Shown in pieces: positions 1 through 7,553 of a stretch of 26,630 nucleotides of DNA. The notes under the pieces were generated by a model that was not told the origin of the DNA, made no database searches, and saw only the letters and a list, made by a program, of their open reading frames with translations. The position numbers and the translations under genes are program-made. Origin of the DNA: Candidatus Caldarchaeum sp. (lineage in GTDB: Archaea; Thermoproteota; Nitrososphaeria_A; Caldarchaeales; Caldarchaeaceae); the NCBI GenBank assembly GCA_038844785.1, contig JAWBRA010000023.1, positions 1 to 26,630 on the forward strand. The letters are read 5' to 3'. Numbering within the stretch: position 1 is the stretch's first letter; each line of letters starts with the position of its first letter.

Positions 1-28
1 CCAAGCCGTTATGACATATATGTTAACG

Positions 29-51
29 TGTATGGTTTTTATAACCATACA
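29..51. promoter_or_regulatory. Perfect 9-bp inverted repeat overlapping a TATA-like box (possible operator)
   Basis: TGTATGGTT (29-37), 5-nt spacer, AACCATACA (43-51); TTTTATAA lies across the centre at 37-44. Confidence 0.35.
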
Positions 52-317
52 TGCCAGCTGAGAAAACGTACCGGCCTCTCTCTTGCAGGGGTTCTTAGAT
101 GTTGTCATGCTGGTTGGCCTCCAGCCAAACCATCCCCTCATTTTTTCCCTTCCTTAAATGAGGTGGTTTATGGTCGTTTCAAGCCTTGGAGGCTTACACA
201 CCGTGAATACATGGGTAGGGAAATCTCCTCTTTCGGCATATGCTAGTTGGATGCCGTGACGATGTCGTAGCCAGACTCACAGAAGAAGAGAGTTTTAAAA
301 TCTATACAGTTTCTCAG

Positions 318-458
318 CTAAACATACTTCAACGGGTTTTTGTCGAAAGTGTCTTTGCAGGCTTTGCCGCAGAAATAGTACGTTCTGCCCTCATAGGTTG
401 AGGTGTGTTTAGCTGTCTTCTCGTCTACGTTCATTTTGCAGACGGGGTCGATGGCCAT
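318..458 (-). CDS. YHS/TRASH-domain small protein (46 aa), probable metal (copper) binding
   Basis: From ATG at 458: MAIDPVCKMNV...YEGRTYYFCGKACKDTFDKNPLKYV matches the DPVC...Y-G-xYYFC-xx-C...F...P YHS pattern. The longer ORF start at 548 overlaps trxB and is rejected. Confidence 0.9.
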   Translation of the reverse strand: MAIDPVCKMNVDEKTAKHTSTYEGRTYYFCGKACKDTFDKNPLKYV

Positions 459-519
459 GGTTTTACAGATTTCGCCGGGGTTTTTATGTTTTAATAGCGA
501 GTCGCTGCAGCTGCAGTTG

Positions 520-1473
520 ATGGAGGCTGAGTACGACGTCATAGTCATAGGCGGTGGGCCGGCGGGCTACACCGCCTCAATATACACCTGCAGAGCGGGT
601 TTGAAAACCCTTCTGATAGCAGGCCTCGAAGCCGGAGGCCAGCTTATGCTAACACGTGAGGTTGAGAACTATCCCGGGTTCAGCAAAGGCGTGATGGGGC
701 CTGAGCTGATGGAGAGCATGCGTCAACAGGCCGAAAACCAAGGAGCTGAAATAATCTACGACAACGCCACCTCGGTCAACTTCAAAACATACCCGTATGA
801 AGTCTATGTAAACGAATCTTGTTACACGGCTAAAGCCGTCATCGTGGCGACGGGGGCTTCTCCTAAATGGCTGGGACTCGAATCTGAGAAACGTCTCCTA
901 GGCCGAGGGGTTTCGAGCTGCGCTACCTGTGACGGGCCCCTTTTTAAGGGCACAGAAACTTCGGTCGTTGTTGGTGGAGGGGATTCGGCGATGGAGTATG
1001 CGCTTTTCCTCGCCAACATCGTGTCGAAGGTTGTGGTCGTCCATCGACGCGACAGCCTTAGGGCTTCGAAGGTTTTGGCTGAAAGAGCTCTGAACAATCC
1101 GAAGATCACTTTCGTCTGGAACAGCGTTGTGGTCGACATTCTCGGCGAGAAAAAGGTTGAGGGCGTGAGAGTCAGGAACCTTAAAACGGGTGAGATAACG
1201 GACATAGGCTGCCAGTCGGTGTTCATAGCGATAGGACACAAGCCAAACACCGAGATATTCGCAGGCCAGCTGGAGGTTGACGAAGAAGGATACATCAAGG
1301 TTTACGACAGAATGTGCACAAGCGTTCCAGGCGTTTTCGCGGCAGGCGACGTTCATGACAAAAGGTATAGGCAGGCTGTCACGGCTGCGGGGTTCGGATG
1401 CATGGCAGGCATGGAGGCTATCTGGTTTATTCAAACAGGCGGGCCTGAGAAGCTCAGACAGGCTCGAGGCTAA
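520..1473 (+). CDS. trxB: Thioredoxin-disulfide reductase
   Basis: FAD motif DVIVIGGGPAG right after ATG 520, GGQL, ENYPGF, active-site CATC, NADPH motifs GGGDSA and HRRxxxR, and C-terminal TSVPGVFAAGD. Confidence 0.95.
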   Translation: MEAEYDVIVIGGGPAGYTASIYTCRAGLKTLLIAGLEAGGQLMLTREVENYPGFSKGVMGPELMESMRQQAENQGAEIIYDNATSVNFKTYPYEVYVNESCYTAKAVIVATGASPKWLGLESEKRLLGRGVSSCATCDGPLFKGTETSVVVGGGDSAMEYALFLANIVSKVVVVHRRDSLRASKVLAERALNNPKITFVWNSVVVDILGEKKVEGVRVRNLKTGEITDIGCQSVFIAIGHKPNTEIFAGQLEVDEEGYIKVYDRMCTSVPGVFAAGDVHDKRYRQAVTAAGFGCMAGMEAIWFIQTGGPEKLRQARG

Positions 1474-1778
1474 ACTTCGACGAATATCTCGCCGTTTATC
1501 ACGGATACCTTGTAGGTCGGCAACGGCTTTGTGGCCGGAGGATTGAGCACCTCGCCGTTGTCAAGCCTAAAACGTGACAGATGCACTGGGCATGTGATTG
1601 TTTTGTCGACGACCAAACCGTTTACGAGCTCGGCGTATTCATGTGTGCATATATTGCTGACAGCATACAGGCTGCCCATGTGTCTCAGAACCAAGATCTG
1701 GATGCCTTCGTTTTCAACTACCTTCGTGTCGCCTTCCGCAAGCTCTTCATCCCTGCAGACACGCAGTAGCTTTGCCAC
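1470..1778 (-). CDS. Soluble Rieske [2Fe-2S] ferredoxin
   Basis: CTH and CPVH ligand motifs, FRLDNGEV...PPATKPLPTY tail; 102 aa with no membrane anchor. Confidence 0.92.
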   Translation of the reverse strand: MAKLLRVCRDEELAEGDTKVVENEGIQILVLRHMGSLYAVSNICTHEYAELVNGLVVDKTITCPVHLSRFRLDNGEVLNPPATKPLPTYKVSVINGEIFVEV

Positions 1779-1813
1779 GTTACATCGCCGGACAACATTC
1801 TAAAAACCTTATC

Positions 1814-2308
1814 TCAATGGCAACGAAGCCGTGGGAAAAGCTCTTTCATCTCTTGGATGTCTTCGGATGACTTTCCCGTTAACACCAGCTCAATTGTTCT
1901 CGAAGTCTCGGTGCATGGGATTCGCAATGTTACTTGGGTTATGGGATGTCGTCGGAAACCTCTCTTTATTGTTTTTGACACGATGTGGGCGTCGTGGCCG
2001 TTTATCCGCGTCATCTCATAGCTTCCAACCTGAAAACTCGTGTGCTTAATCCCTTTTCTGCATCTGACATCCAGCTCCAACACATCTCCGTTGATGAGGT
2101 TGACTACGTAGTAGCTTGCCGACCCGTCTACAACCCATCCGACGTCTTTGACTACAGCTGTGTAGTTGACATCTGCGGGTGCGTCGCCGATCTTAACTGT
2201 CCAGCCTTCAGGCACGTGTATGTAAAGCCATGTGAACCTGCCCATCAAAAGGTTGCCCGTTGCTAGCTCAAACTCTCTGCCCGCCATCATCCAGCGCCTC
2301 CTATCCAA
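1814..2308 (-). CDS. Hypothetical protein (~160 aa, beta-rich, ends in Cys-His)
   Basis: Open frame fills the gap between neighbours and starts 2 nt after the upstream stop. No family recognised; start uncertain by a few codons. Confidence 0.75.
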   Translation of the reverse strand: MDRRRWMMAGREFELATGNLLMGRFTWLYIHVPEGWTVKIGDAPADVNYTAVVKDVGWVVDGSASYYVVNLINGDVLELDVRCRKGIKHTSFQVGSYEMTRINGHDAHIVSKTIKRGFRRHPITQVTLRIPCTETSRTIELVLTGKSSEDIQEMKELFPRLRCH

Positions 2309-2310
2309 AG

Positions 2311-2697
2311 CTAACCGATCTTAAACCAAAGCCTTCTCACGACACAGTTCAAAGCAGCCGCTTTAATATCTTCCAATGTTTCGTCTATGTTTCGGCCTAT
2401 TTTTACGGGTTTTTTGTTGGCTATGGCGTAAAACCCGCGGCCTAGCCTGTGTCTGAAGGAAAGCCAAACACCGAGGGGTGATAATGCGTGAACAAGCCTA
2501 ACTTCAAACCCTTTCGCCGCCAAAGCCTTTACAACAGCTTCAACCCTTCCAAACTCTTCCAGAAAATCATCAGGGTATTCTTTGAGCTGGTCGTAGGGGT
2601 TCCATAATCCGGCGATATGGGCTGGGTTGCATAAACTCTTGCATCTTGACATGAACGCCGTGGGAAACACGCCCACCACGAGAATTTTCTCCCGCAA
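2311..2697 (-). CDS. Hypothetical putative thioredoxin-like protein, paralog A
   Basis: TTG at 2697 removes the overlap with the divergent gene and lies about 28 nt from a TTATTA box. Contains CKSLC, EYPDD and SPLG..SFRHR motifs; the last two are shared with 2762-3169. The fold is inferred. Confidence 0.7.
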   Translation of the reverse strand: MREKILVVGVFPTAFMSRCKSLCNPAHIAGLWNPYDQLKEYPDDFLEEFGRVEAVVKALAAKGFEVRLVHALSPLGVWLSFRHRLGRGFYAIANKKPVKIGRNIDETLEDIKAAALNCVVRRLWFKIG

Positions 2698-2761
2698 CTC
2701 GGTTGTTAGGAGGTACAGAAAGACTAATAAGCGTTTAACACAAATGTTTATCCGAGTAGGT
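2698..2761. promoter_or_regulatory. Compact divergent promoter region
   Basis: 64-nt gap between divergent TTG starts. AT-rich boxes CTAATAAG (~2725-2732, TTATTA on the minus strand) and TTTAAC (~2734-2739) each lie about 25-30 nt from a start. Confidence 0.45.
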
Positions 2762-3169
2762 TTGGAGAAACCCGTCAAAGTAGAGATTTATGAGATTTAT
2801 CCCGTCACATTAGGCCACTGCCCACACTACAATCTTCTCTCGGCTGAGATGTACGCGGCTGGGGCGGAGTTCTGTGAACTGTCAACCCAAGCGGCGGAAT
2901 ACCCCGACGACGTACTCCAGAACCATTCCAAGGCCGCTGAGGTGGTCAGGTTTTTGAGACAGTCGTTCAAAGGCCGTCGGATGAACGTTGAGGTGGAGAT
3001 GGTCAACCTGATATCGCCCATGGGTTTCCTAAAAAGTCTCCGCCACCGTATCTGGAGAAGGCCTGCCGTGGTGGTAGATGGAAAAAAGGTTTCCGACGGC
3101 TTCATCGACTGGGATGGGTTGAAGCTGGCGGTGGAGCAGGCGTGGCTGAGTCGGAGAAATACCGTTTAG
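2762..3169 (+). CDS. Hypothetical putative thioredoxin-like protein, paralog B
   Basis: From TTG 2762: beta strand KVEIYEI, HCPH, EYPDD, SPMG..SLRHR, then PAVVVDGKKV, which resembles the cis-Pro beta-hairpin of thioredoxin/glutaredoxin folds. Confidence 0.75.
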   Translation: MEKPVKVEIYEIYPVTLGHCPHYNLLSAEMYAAGAEFCELSTQAAEYPDDVLQNHSKAAEVVRFLRQSFKGRRMNVEVEMVNLISPMGFLKSLRHRIWRRPAVVVDGKKVSDGFIDWDGLKLAVEQAWLSRRNTV

Positions 3170-3447
3170 GCTCGAGGACGGCGGGACTCAAACAGGCTCT
3201 ACGCGACTTTTTCTTCGGAGCACTAATCCTAGGTCTTTACCAGAACGTTCTCCGTCTCAAGCTGAAGTACGACGACATATTTTTCTCCCTTATCATGGGC
3301 GAGTTCCTAGGCATACCGCTTCTCGGAAACTACTTCACGCTCAGGATAATTCCCTACCTGATGCCCGACCTTGAGAAAGCGAGGATGAGGCTTTTGAGAG
3401 ACGTCGACCTGCTGGAGCTTCTGCGCGAAGGGCCTGCGGTTCACTAG
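3142..3447 (+). CDS. Small CstA/ArsA-associated protein (cory-CC-star-like), copy 1
   Basis: Motif DDIF..IMGEFLGIP....YFTLRIIPY resembles the D.F....E.LG.P.P..YYTLELLP core of cory-CC-star proteins. Clear paralog of 5404-5685. Confidence 0.75.
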   Translation: MAESEKYRLGSRTAGLKQALRDFFFGALILGLYQNVLRLKLKYDDIFFSLIMGEFLGIPLLGNYFTLRIIPYLMPDLEKARMRLLRDVDLLELLREGPAVH

Positions 3448-4433
3448 CTTGGAGTAAACTCATAAACATCTTTAATTACGTTGTTTAATGCTTCTAAGCC
3501 TCTTATCTCGGTAGGATACATTCGGATATAGCCTTTGACATGCTCTCCAAGGTCTCTGTTTATTATGTCAAGGTAGTGATGCTGTTCCTCCCACTTTGAC
3601 CGTAAATATCCCGTCGGGTCGGAAGATACATCCGCCCGGTCCAAGACCATGTTTACAAATATCCCCCCTACCGGAATGTTGAAAGCCTGCACCATGTTTA
3701 TGAACCTCTTCACGACAGATATTGGAAGAGACTCGGGTGTCGTAACGAAGTAGAAGAGTGTCTTTGAAGGGTCTGTCAAAGCCTCACGGGTTTTTGTGAA
3801 TTTTTCGTAAAGTGATAAAAGGTCTGCCACTACAGGGTCTTTTTTGATCTCCTCCATAACCTTCTCCTTCCTGACGGAAAGCTTAAGCCTGTACTCTTGA
3901 GCCTCCCTGCGTGACTGCATCATTCTCGCAAGCCACAGCCCGTACAGCTTGCTCAACCCGATTAACCTGACTGCGTTGGCAACCGCTGCCGTGTCGAACA
4001 CAACCACATCATATTTCCCGCCTTCGCCAACTATGATGTCCATTACTTTGTCAAACATCGCAGATTCTTGGAAAGCGGGGTTTGTTGTAGCTATTTGTAT
4101 GAAGGGCTCGGGGTTTATAGGTATCTCAGCCCATTTGAAGAACTCTTTCAGTCTAGCAGCCATGTTGGACCTGTATCTTTCGATGAGATCGTTTATCTCC
4201 ACCTCTATCGCTGTCAGCCCTTCAACCCCTTGCACGTTTTTGAAAGTGCCTCCCGAAAGGTCTTGCATAAAAAGGCTGCTCAACGAGTGTACTGGGTTCA
4301 GGCTTGCCAGAAGCACCCTCTTCCCTTGACGGGCTATCTCAGCGGCCATGGCGCCGGCTGACACAGTTTTTCCCACACCCCCTTTACCGCCTACGAAGAT
4401 GTACTTTGCTTTAGCTAGTTCTTTCACGTCCAT
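3444..4433 (-). CDS. ArsA/GET3 (TRC40) family ATPase, degenerate catalytic motifs
   Basis: Deviant Walker A GKGGVGKT; switch I SLNPVHSL; switch II DTAAVAN; VTTPE and GIFVN motifs. GGAGG lies upstream of ATG 4433. Confidence 0.92.
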   Translation of the reverse strand: MDVKELAKAKYIFVGGKGGVGKTVSAGAMAAEIARQGKRVLLASLNPVHSLSSLFMQDLSGGTFKNVQGVEGLTAIEVEINDLIERYRSNMAARLKEFFKWAEIPINPEPFIQIATTNPAFQESAMFDKVMDIIVGEGGKYDVVVFDTAAVANAVRLIGLSKLYGLWLARMMQSRREAQEYRLKLSVRKEKVMEEIKKDPVVADLLSLYEKFTKTREALTDPSKTLFYFVTTPESLPISVVKRFINMVQAFNIPVGGIFVNMVLDRADVSSDPTGYLRSKWEEQHHYLDIINRDLGEHVKGYIRMYPTEIRGLEALNNVIKDVYEFTPS

Positions 4434-5407
4434 TCCACACCTCCGCTCATAAGAGGCTGGGAAACCGCCGCTATGCCTTCAATGCCCCTAGGCTCTTTCG
4501 GAAACATAGGGATGATAGATATCACAAGCTTTCCAAACTTGTCCATGATCTCGGTCATGCACTCCCGCTGCTGCTTCAGCCTGTTTGCTATGAAGGGGGA
4601 GGGGTTTGAAGCCATCTCGGGCGGCAGAACCTTGTTGACCACTATCCCCGCCAGCTCTAAGCCAACCGACTTAAACATCTCCAAAGCTTTCTCAGTGTCT
4701 ATTATGGACATTCGTTCCGGAGTTATGACCATGAAGAAGGCAGCCTTATTCCTGTCTTTCATGACGTCGGTGAATGTGGTCAACCTGTTCTTGATGTCAT
4801 ACAGCTCGTTCAACACCTCGTCCTCTTTAACAAGTTTCTCCCCTTTGAGCCTGCGGGCTATTTCATCATACTCCCTTGCTTTCTCACGGGCTTCGGTGAG
4901 CTTTTCAACCCAAGCGCTGAGAATGTCCGCCATGGTGACCATCCTTATCCCGTGTCCGAAGGGAGGCATGTCGAAGACGTAGAGACCGTAACGTCCCTCG
5001 GCGAGATAGCTTGCCATGGCGTCGTACGTGGCTGACTCATACATCGCAGGCTCTGCAACAGAGCTGTCTATGTACGATTCTATCTCAGGAGGGATCTCTG
5101 TTTTGTACATGTCTCTTATTTTTTGTTTTATCTCGTTGATGTAAGCTGATATTTTCGAGTCGGCGTCGATCTCCACCACGAAAAGGTTTGGGATAATCTC
5201 CACCTCTCCTTTTCCGAAGATGTTTCGTTCGAATATGTCGCTAAGCGACGCTTGGGGGTCTGTGCTGAAGCAGAGGACCTTTTTCGAGCTGCATACGGCG
5301 TAGGAGAGGGCGGCGCTGCAGGTCGTCTTACCTAAACCTCCTTTTCCCGCGAAGATAACCATCTTAAGCTCGGGCTTTGACGCGAGAAACTCGCTAAATC
5401 CTTTCAA
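4424..5407 (-). CDS. ArsA/GET3 (TRC40) family ATPase, intact catalytic motifs
   Basis: GKGGLGKTT, STDPQASLSD, DMPPFGH, VITPE and IVVNKV. TTG start at 5407 overlaps the upstream TGA stop (TTGA coupling). Confidence 0.93.
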   Translation of the reverse strand: MKGFSEFLASKPELKMVIFAGKGGLGKTTCSAALSYAVCSSKKVLCFSTDPQASLSDIFERNIFGKGEVEIIPNLFVVEIDADSKISAYINEIKQKIRDMYKTEIPPEIESYIDSSVAEPAMYESATYDAMASYLAEGRYGLYVFDMPPFGHGIRMVTMADILSAWVEKLTEAREKAREYDEIARRLKGEKLVKEDEVLNELYDIKNRLTTFTDVMKDRNKAAFFMVITPERMSIIDTEKALEMFKSVGLELAGIVVNKVLPPEMASNPSPFIANRLKQQRECMTEIMDKFGKLVISIIPMFPKEPRGIEGIAAVSQPLMSGGVEWT

Positions 5408-5685
5408 CCGTAAATCACGTCCGTGAAGTCTCTCTCCCTGTAGAACCTGTGTTTCCAAGCTTTGACGTTAGGTATCGCGTAGGGGAGAAGACGTAGTGAG
5501 TAGTATGGTGGTAGTATTGGGAAGCCGAGCATGTCTCCCATAATCATCAGGATAAACATGTGCTCCATGTACATCCTTGTCTTGAGTATGGATGTTACTT
5601 GCTGGTGTAATGCAACGCCGTAGAACATGTCGCCCACGGCTTTTTTGAGGTTGCCGAGAAAGCCTCCCTTCTTTCCCTCAGTCAC
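5404..5685 (-). CDS. Small CstA/ArsA-associated protein (cory-CC-star-like), copy 2
   Basis: Motif EHMF..IMGDMLGFP..PPYYSLRLLPY; located between cstA and the ArsA gene, the known context for this family. Confidence 0.8.
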   Translation of the reverse strand: MTEGKKGGFLGNLKKAVGDMFYGVALHQQVTSILKTRMYMEHMFILMIMGDMLGFPILPPYYSLRLLPYAIPNVKAWKHRFYRERDFTDVIYG

Positions 5686-5704
5686 GCCAGTCTATACAAT
5701 AACT

Positions 5705-5714
5705 TATTTAAAAA
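5705..5714 (-). promoter_or_regulatory. TATA-like box, possible internal promoter for the small protein + ATPase genes
   Basis: Minus strand GGGAAATATTTTTTAAATAA lies about 20-38 nt upstream of GTG 5685. Confidence 0.45.
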
Positions 5715-5740
5715 ATATTTCCCTAAAGCGTTGGAGCTTC

Positions 5741-5757
5741 AAAAAAGGATGGGGGGT
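5741..5757 (-). terminator. Pyrimidine/oligo-T terminator after cstA
   Basis: Minus strand CCCCCCATCCTTTTTT follows the cstA stop, typical of an archaeal oligo-U terminator. Confidence 0.45.
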
Positions 5758-7527
5758 TTAGGCTTTTACCTCGACTTTTACAGCCCTCCGGTAGCCTCTG
5801 ACGAAATAGATAGCCATCGCCAAGCCTATGAGGAACATTATAACCCCGACAGCTGTTGAGAAACCGTTGATGCCTTGGACGGCGATGTTACCGCCAACGT
5901 TTTTCAGAATGTTTTGAGTTGGATGGAGAAGCTTCGCCCCGATAGTTGCGTCGGCGAAGACATATGTCTGGTACAATATGGCTGCAAGCGTTGTAAACAT
6001 CATGAAAATGCCCGGTATCGTGGAGTACCAGTGGAACCGTTTCTGCATGTAGAGGAATAGGCCTACGATCAGGAGCGCGAACCCGGCGAGCAGCTGGTTT
6101 GTTCCTCCGAAGTAAAGCCATATGTTGGTCCAGCTCCCTGTGAGCACAAAGGCTATTGGGAACACAAAGCCCAGAATCGATGCTATGATTTTGTTGCCCA
6201 GGATCGAAAGGGGTGTGCCGCCGAAGACCTCGGCCATCGTCACCCTCCAAAACCTTCCCAGTATCGTTAGAATTGTAACCGCCATTCCAACCATATAATT
6301 GGCGAAGAATATGCTCAGGAATGGTTTGACTGCATCTCCTCCAAGGAAGGGCGATGTCAGGGTTGTGGCCCCTAACACGAAGTTACCTGGAGAAGCTCCG
6401 CCAGCAACGGTTAGCAAGGGAATCGATACCCATGCAGCTAAGGCGGTCAGACCGACCAGGTTCTCAGTAATCATGGCTCCTGCGCCGACTGGCCTTATGT
6501 CTGTCTCCACGTCTATCTGCTTGGATGTTAGCCCTGTGCTGACAAGGCTGTGCCAGCCCGAGATGGCGCCGCAGGCTATGGTGACGAAAAGCGCCGGCCA
6601 GAGAGGTCCAACGGTGAAAACCTCAGCCCACCCTCTAAACACAGGCACCTGAATCTTAACTCCCGTCGCCGGCGAAACTAACGCCCCCAAAGTCAGAAGC
6701 AGGACAGCAGGTATCAGCGAGTAGTAGGCTATGTAGTTCATGGGTGTTATGAGCCTGGGCATAGGCAGGAGGGCTCCGAGTATCAGTATGGCCACCAACG
6801 GAACCAGCCAGTAGGTGTATGGGTTGGCTGCTGCAGCCACGCCTGGCGGAGGGGGTGTGAAAACGAATGTTCCGGGCGGCGGGACTGCTGAGAGGACTGT
6901 GGCGCCCAAAGCTATGCCTATTGCCTGGAGTATTACGGCGAGGACCGTCACCGGGGCTACGCTCATCTTCACTTTAAACAGCAGATGGCCTGTTATGACA
7001 GCGGCTATCACCAGAACCAGCAGCGACCAGAACGAGCCTGGGAAAGCGTTCATGACGGTTGCGACCACGAACAGGAAGGCGGCGTTTATCAGCAGAAGGT
7101 AGAAGAGCAGGAAGCCGAGGAGAAGCTTACGTGCGGTCGGGCCCAACAGCTCATAGGCCATAGGTCCAAACGATCTTCCCTCCTTCCTTACAGACAGGAA
7201 CATCGCACTGTAGTCCTGAACCCATCCGATGAACAGAGCGGCGAACACTATCCAGAGGAAAGCTGGAAGCCATCCAAAAGCAAGCGCAGCGGTACCGGGG
7301 CCTATTATAGGACCCAACGCCGCGATGCTGTTCCACTGAAAACCGTAGAGGACAAACCGTCCAACCGGAAAGAACTCAACGCCGTCGGCGTACATGTGGG
7401 CCGGGGTAGGCCTAGCTCGGTCAGGGCTCCAGATCTTGCGGTCGACAATTTTGCTGTAAACAGAGTATGCGGCAAGAAATACCACAAGACCTATCGCCGT
7501 AAAACCTAGAGGAGTGTCTAGAACCAT
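5758..7527 (-). CDS. cstA: Carbon starvation CstA-family membrane transporter
   Basis: TPAH...DGVEF, SIAALGPIIGP, GWLPAFLWI and FVTIACGAISGWHSLVSTG.TSKQI motifs, FGGTNQLLA, and many TM segments. ATG 7527 chosen because a TTATATAA box sits about 28-35 nt upstream; the alternative start is 7548. Confidence 0.93.
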   Translation of the reverse strand: MVLDTPLGFTAIGLVVFLAAYSVYSKIVDRKIWSPDRARPTPAHMYADGVEFFPVGRFVLYGFQWNSIAALGPIIGPGTAALAFGWLPAFLWIVFAALFIGWVQDYSAMFLSVRKEGRSFGPMAYELLGPTARKLLLGFLLFYLLLINAAFLFVVATVMNAFPGSFWSLLVLVIAAVITGHLLFKVKMSVAPVTVLAVILQAIGIALGATVLSAVPPPGTFVFTPPPPGVAAAANPYTYWLVPLVAILILGALLPMPRLITPMNYIAYYSLIPAVLLLTLGALVSPATGVKIQVPVFRGWAEVFTVGPLWPALFVTIACGAISGWHSLVSTGLTSKQIDVETDIRPVGAGAMITENLVGLTALAAWVSIPLLTVAGGASPGNFVLGATTLTSPFLGGDAVKPFLSIFFANYMVGMAVTILTILGRFWRVTMAEVFGGTPLSILGNKIIASILGFVFPIAFVLTGSWTNIWLYFGGTNQLLAGFALLIVGLFLYMQKRFHWYSTIPGIFMMFTTLAAILYQTYVFADATIGAKLLHPTQNILKNVGGNIAVQGINGFSTAVGVIMFLIGLAMAIYFVRGYRRAVKVEVKA

Positions 7528-7553
7528 TTTTCGAGCAAAATAGAACATATAAC

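Noticed and set aside
28-246. 72-aa plus-strand ORF
   Set aside because: It starts within the palindrome/TATA-like sequence, has atypical composition and shows no recognisable motif.
403-519. N-terminal extension of TrxB, and the matching extension of the YHS ORF to 548
   Set aside because: The two extensions overlap each other. The family motifs begin at ATG 520 and ATG 458, leaving an AT-rich divergent promoter gap.
5404-5407. TGA ending small protein copy 2 read as selenocysteine (CstA-linked small proteins include selenoproteins)
   Set aside because: No adjacent Cys, the TGA is explained by TTGA stop/start coupling with the ATPase gene, and no SECIS-like element was recognised.
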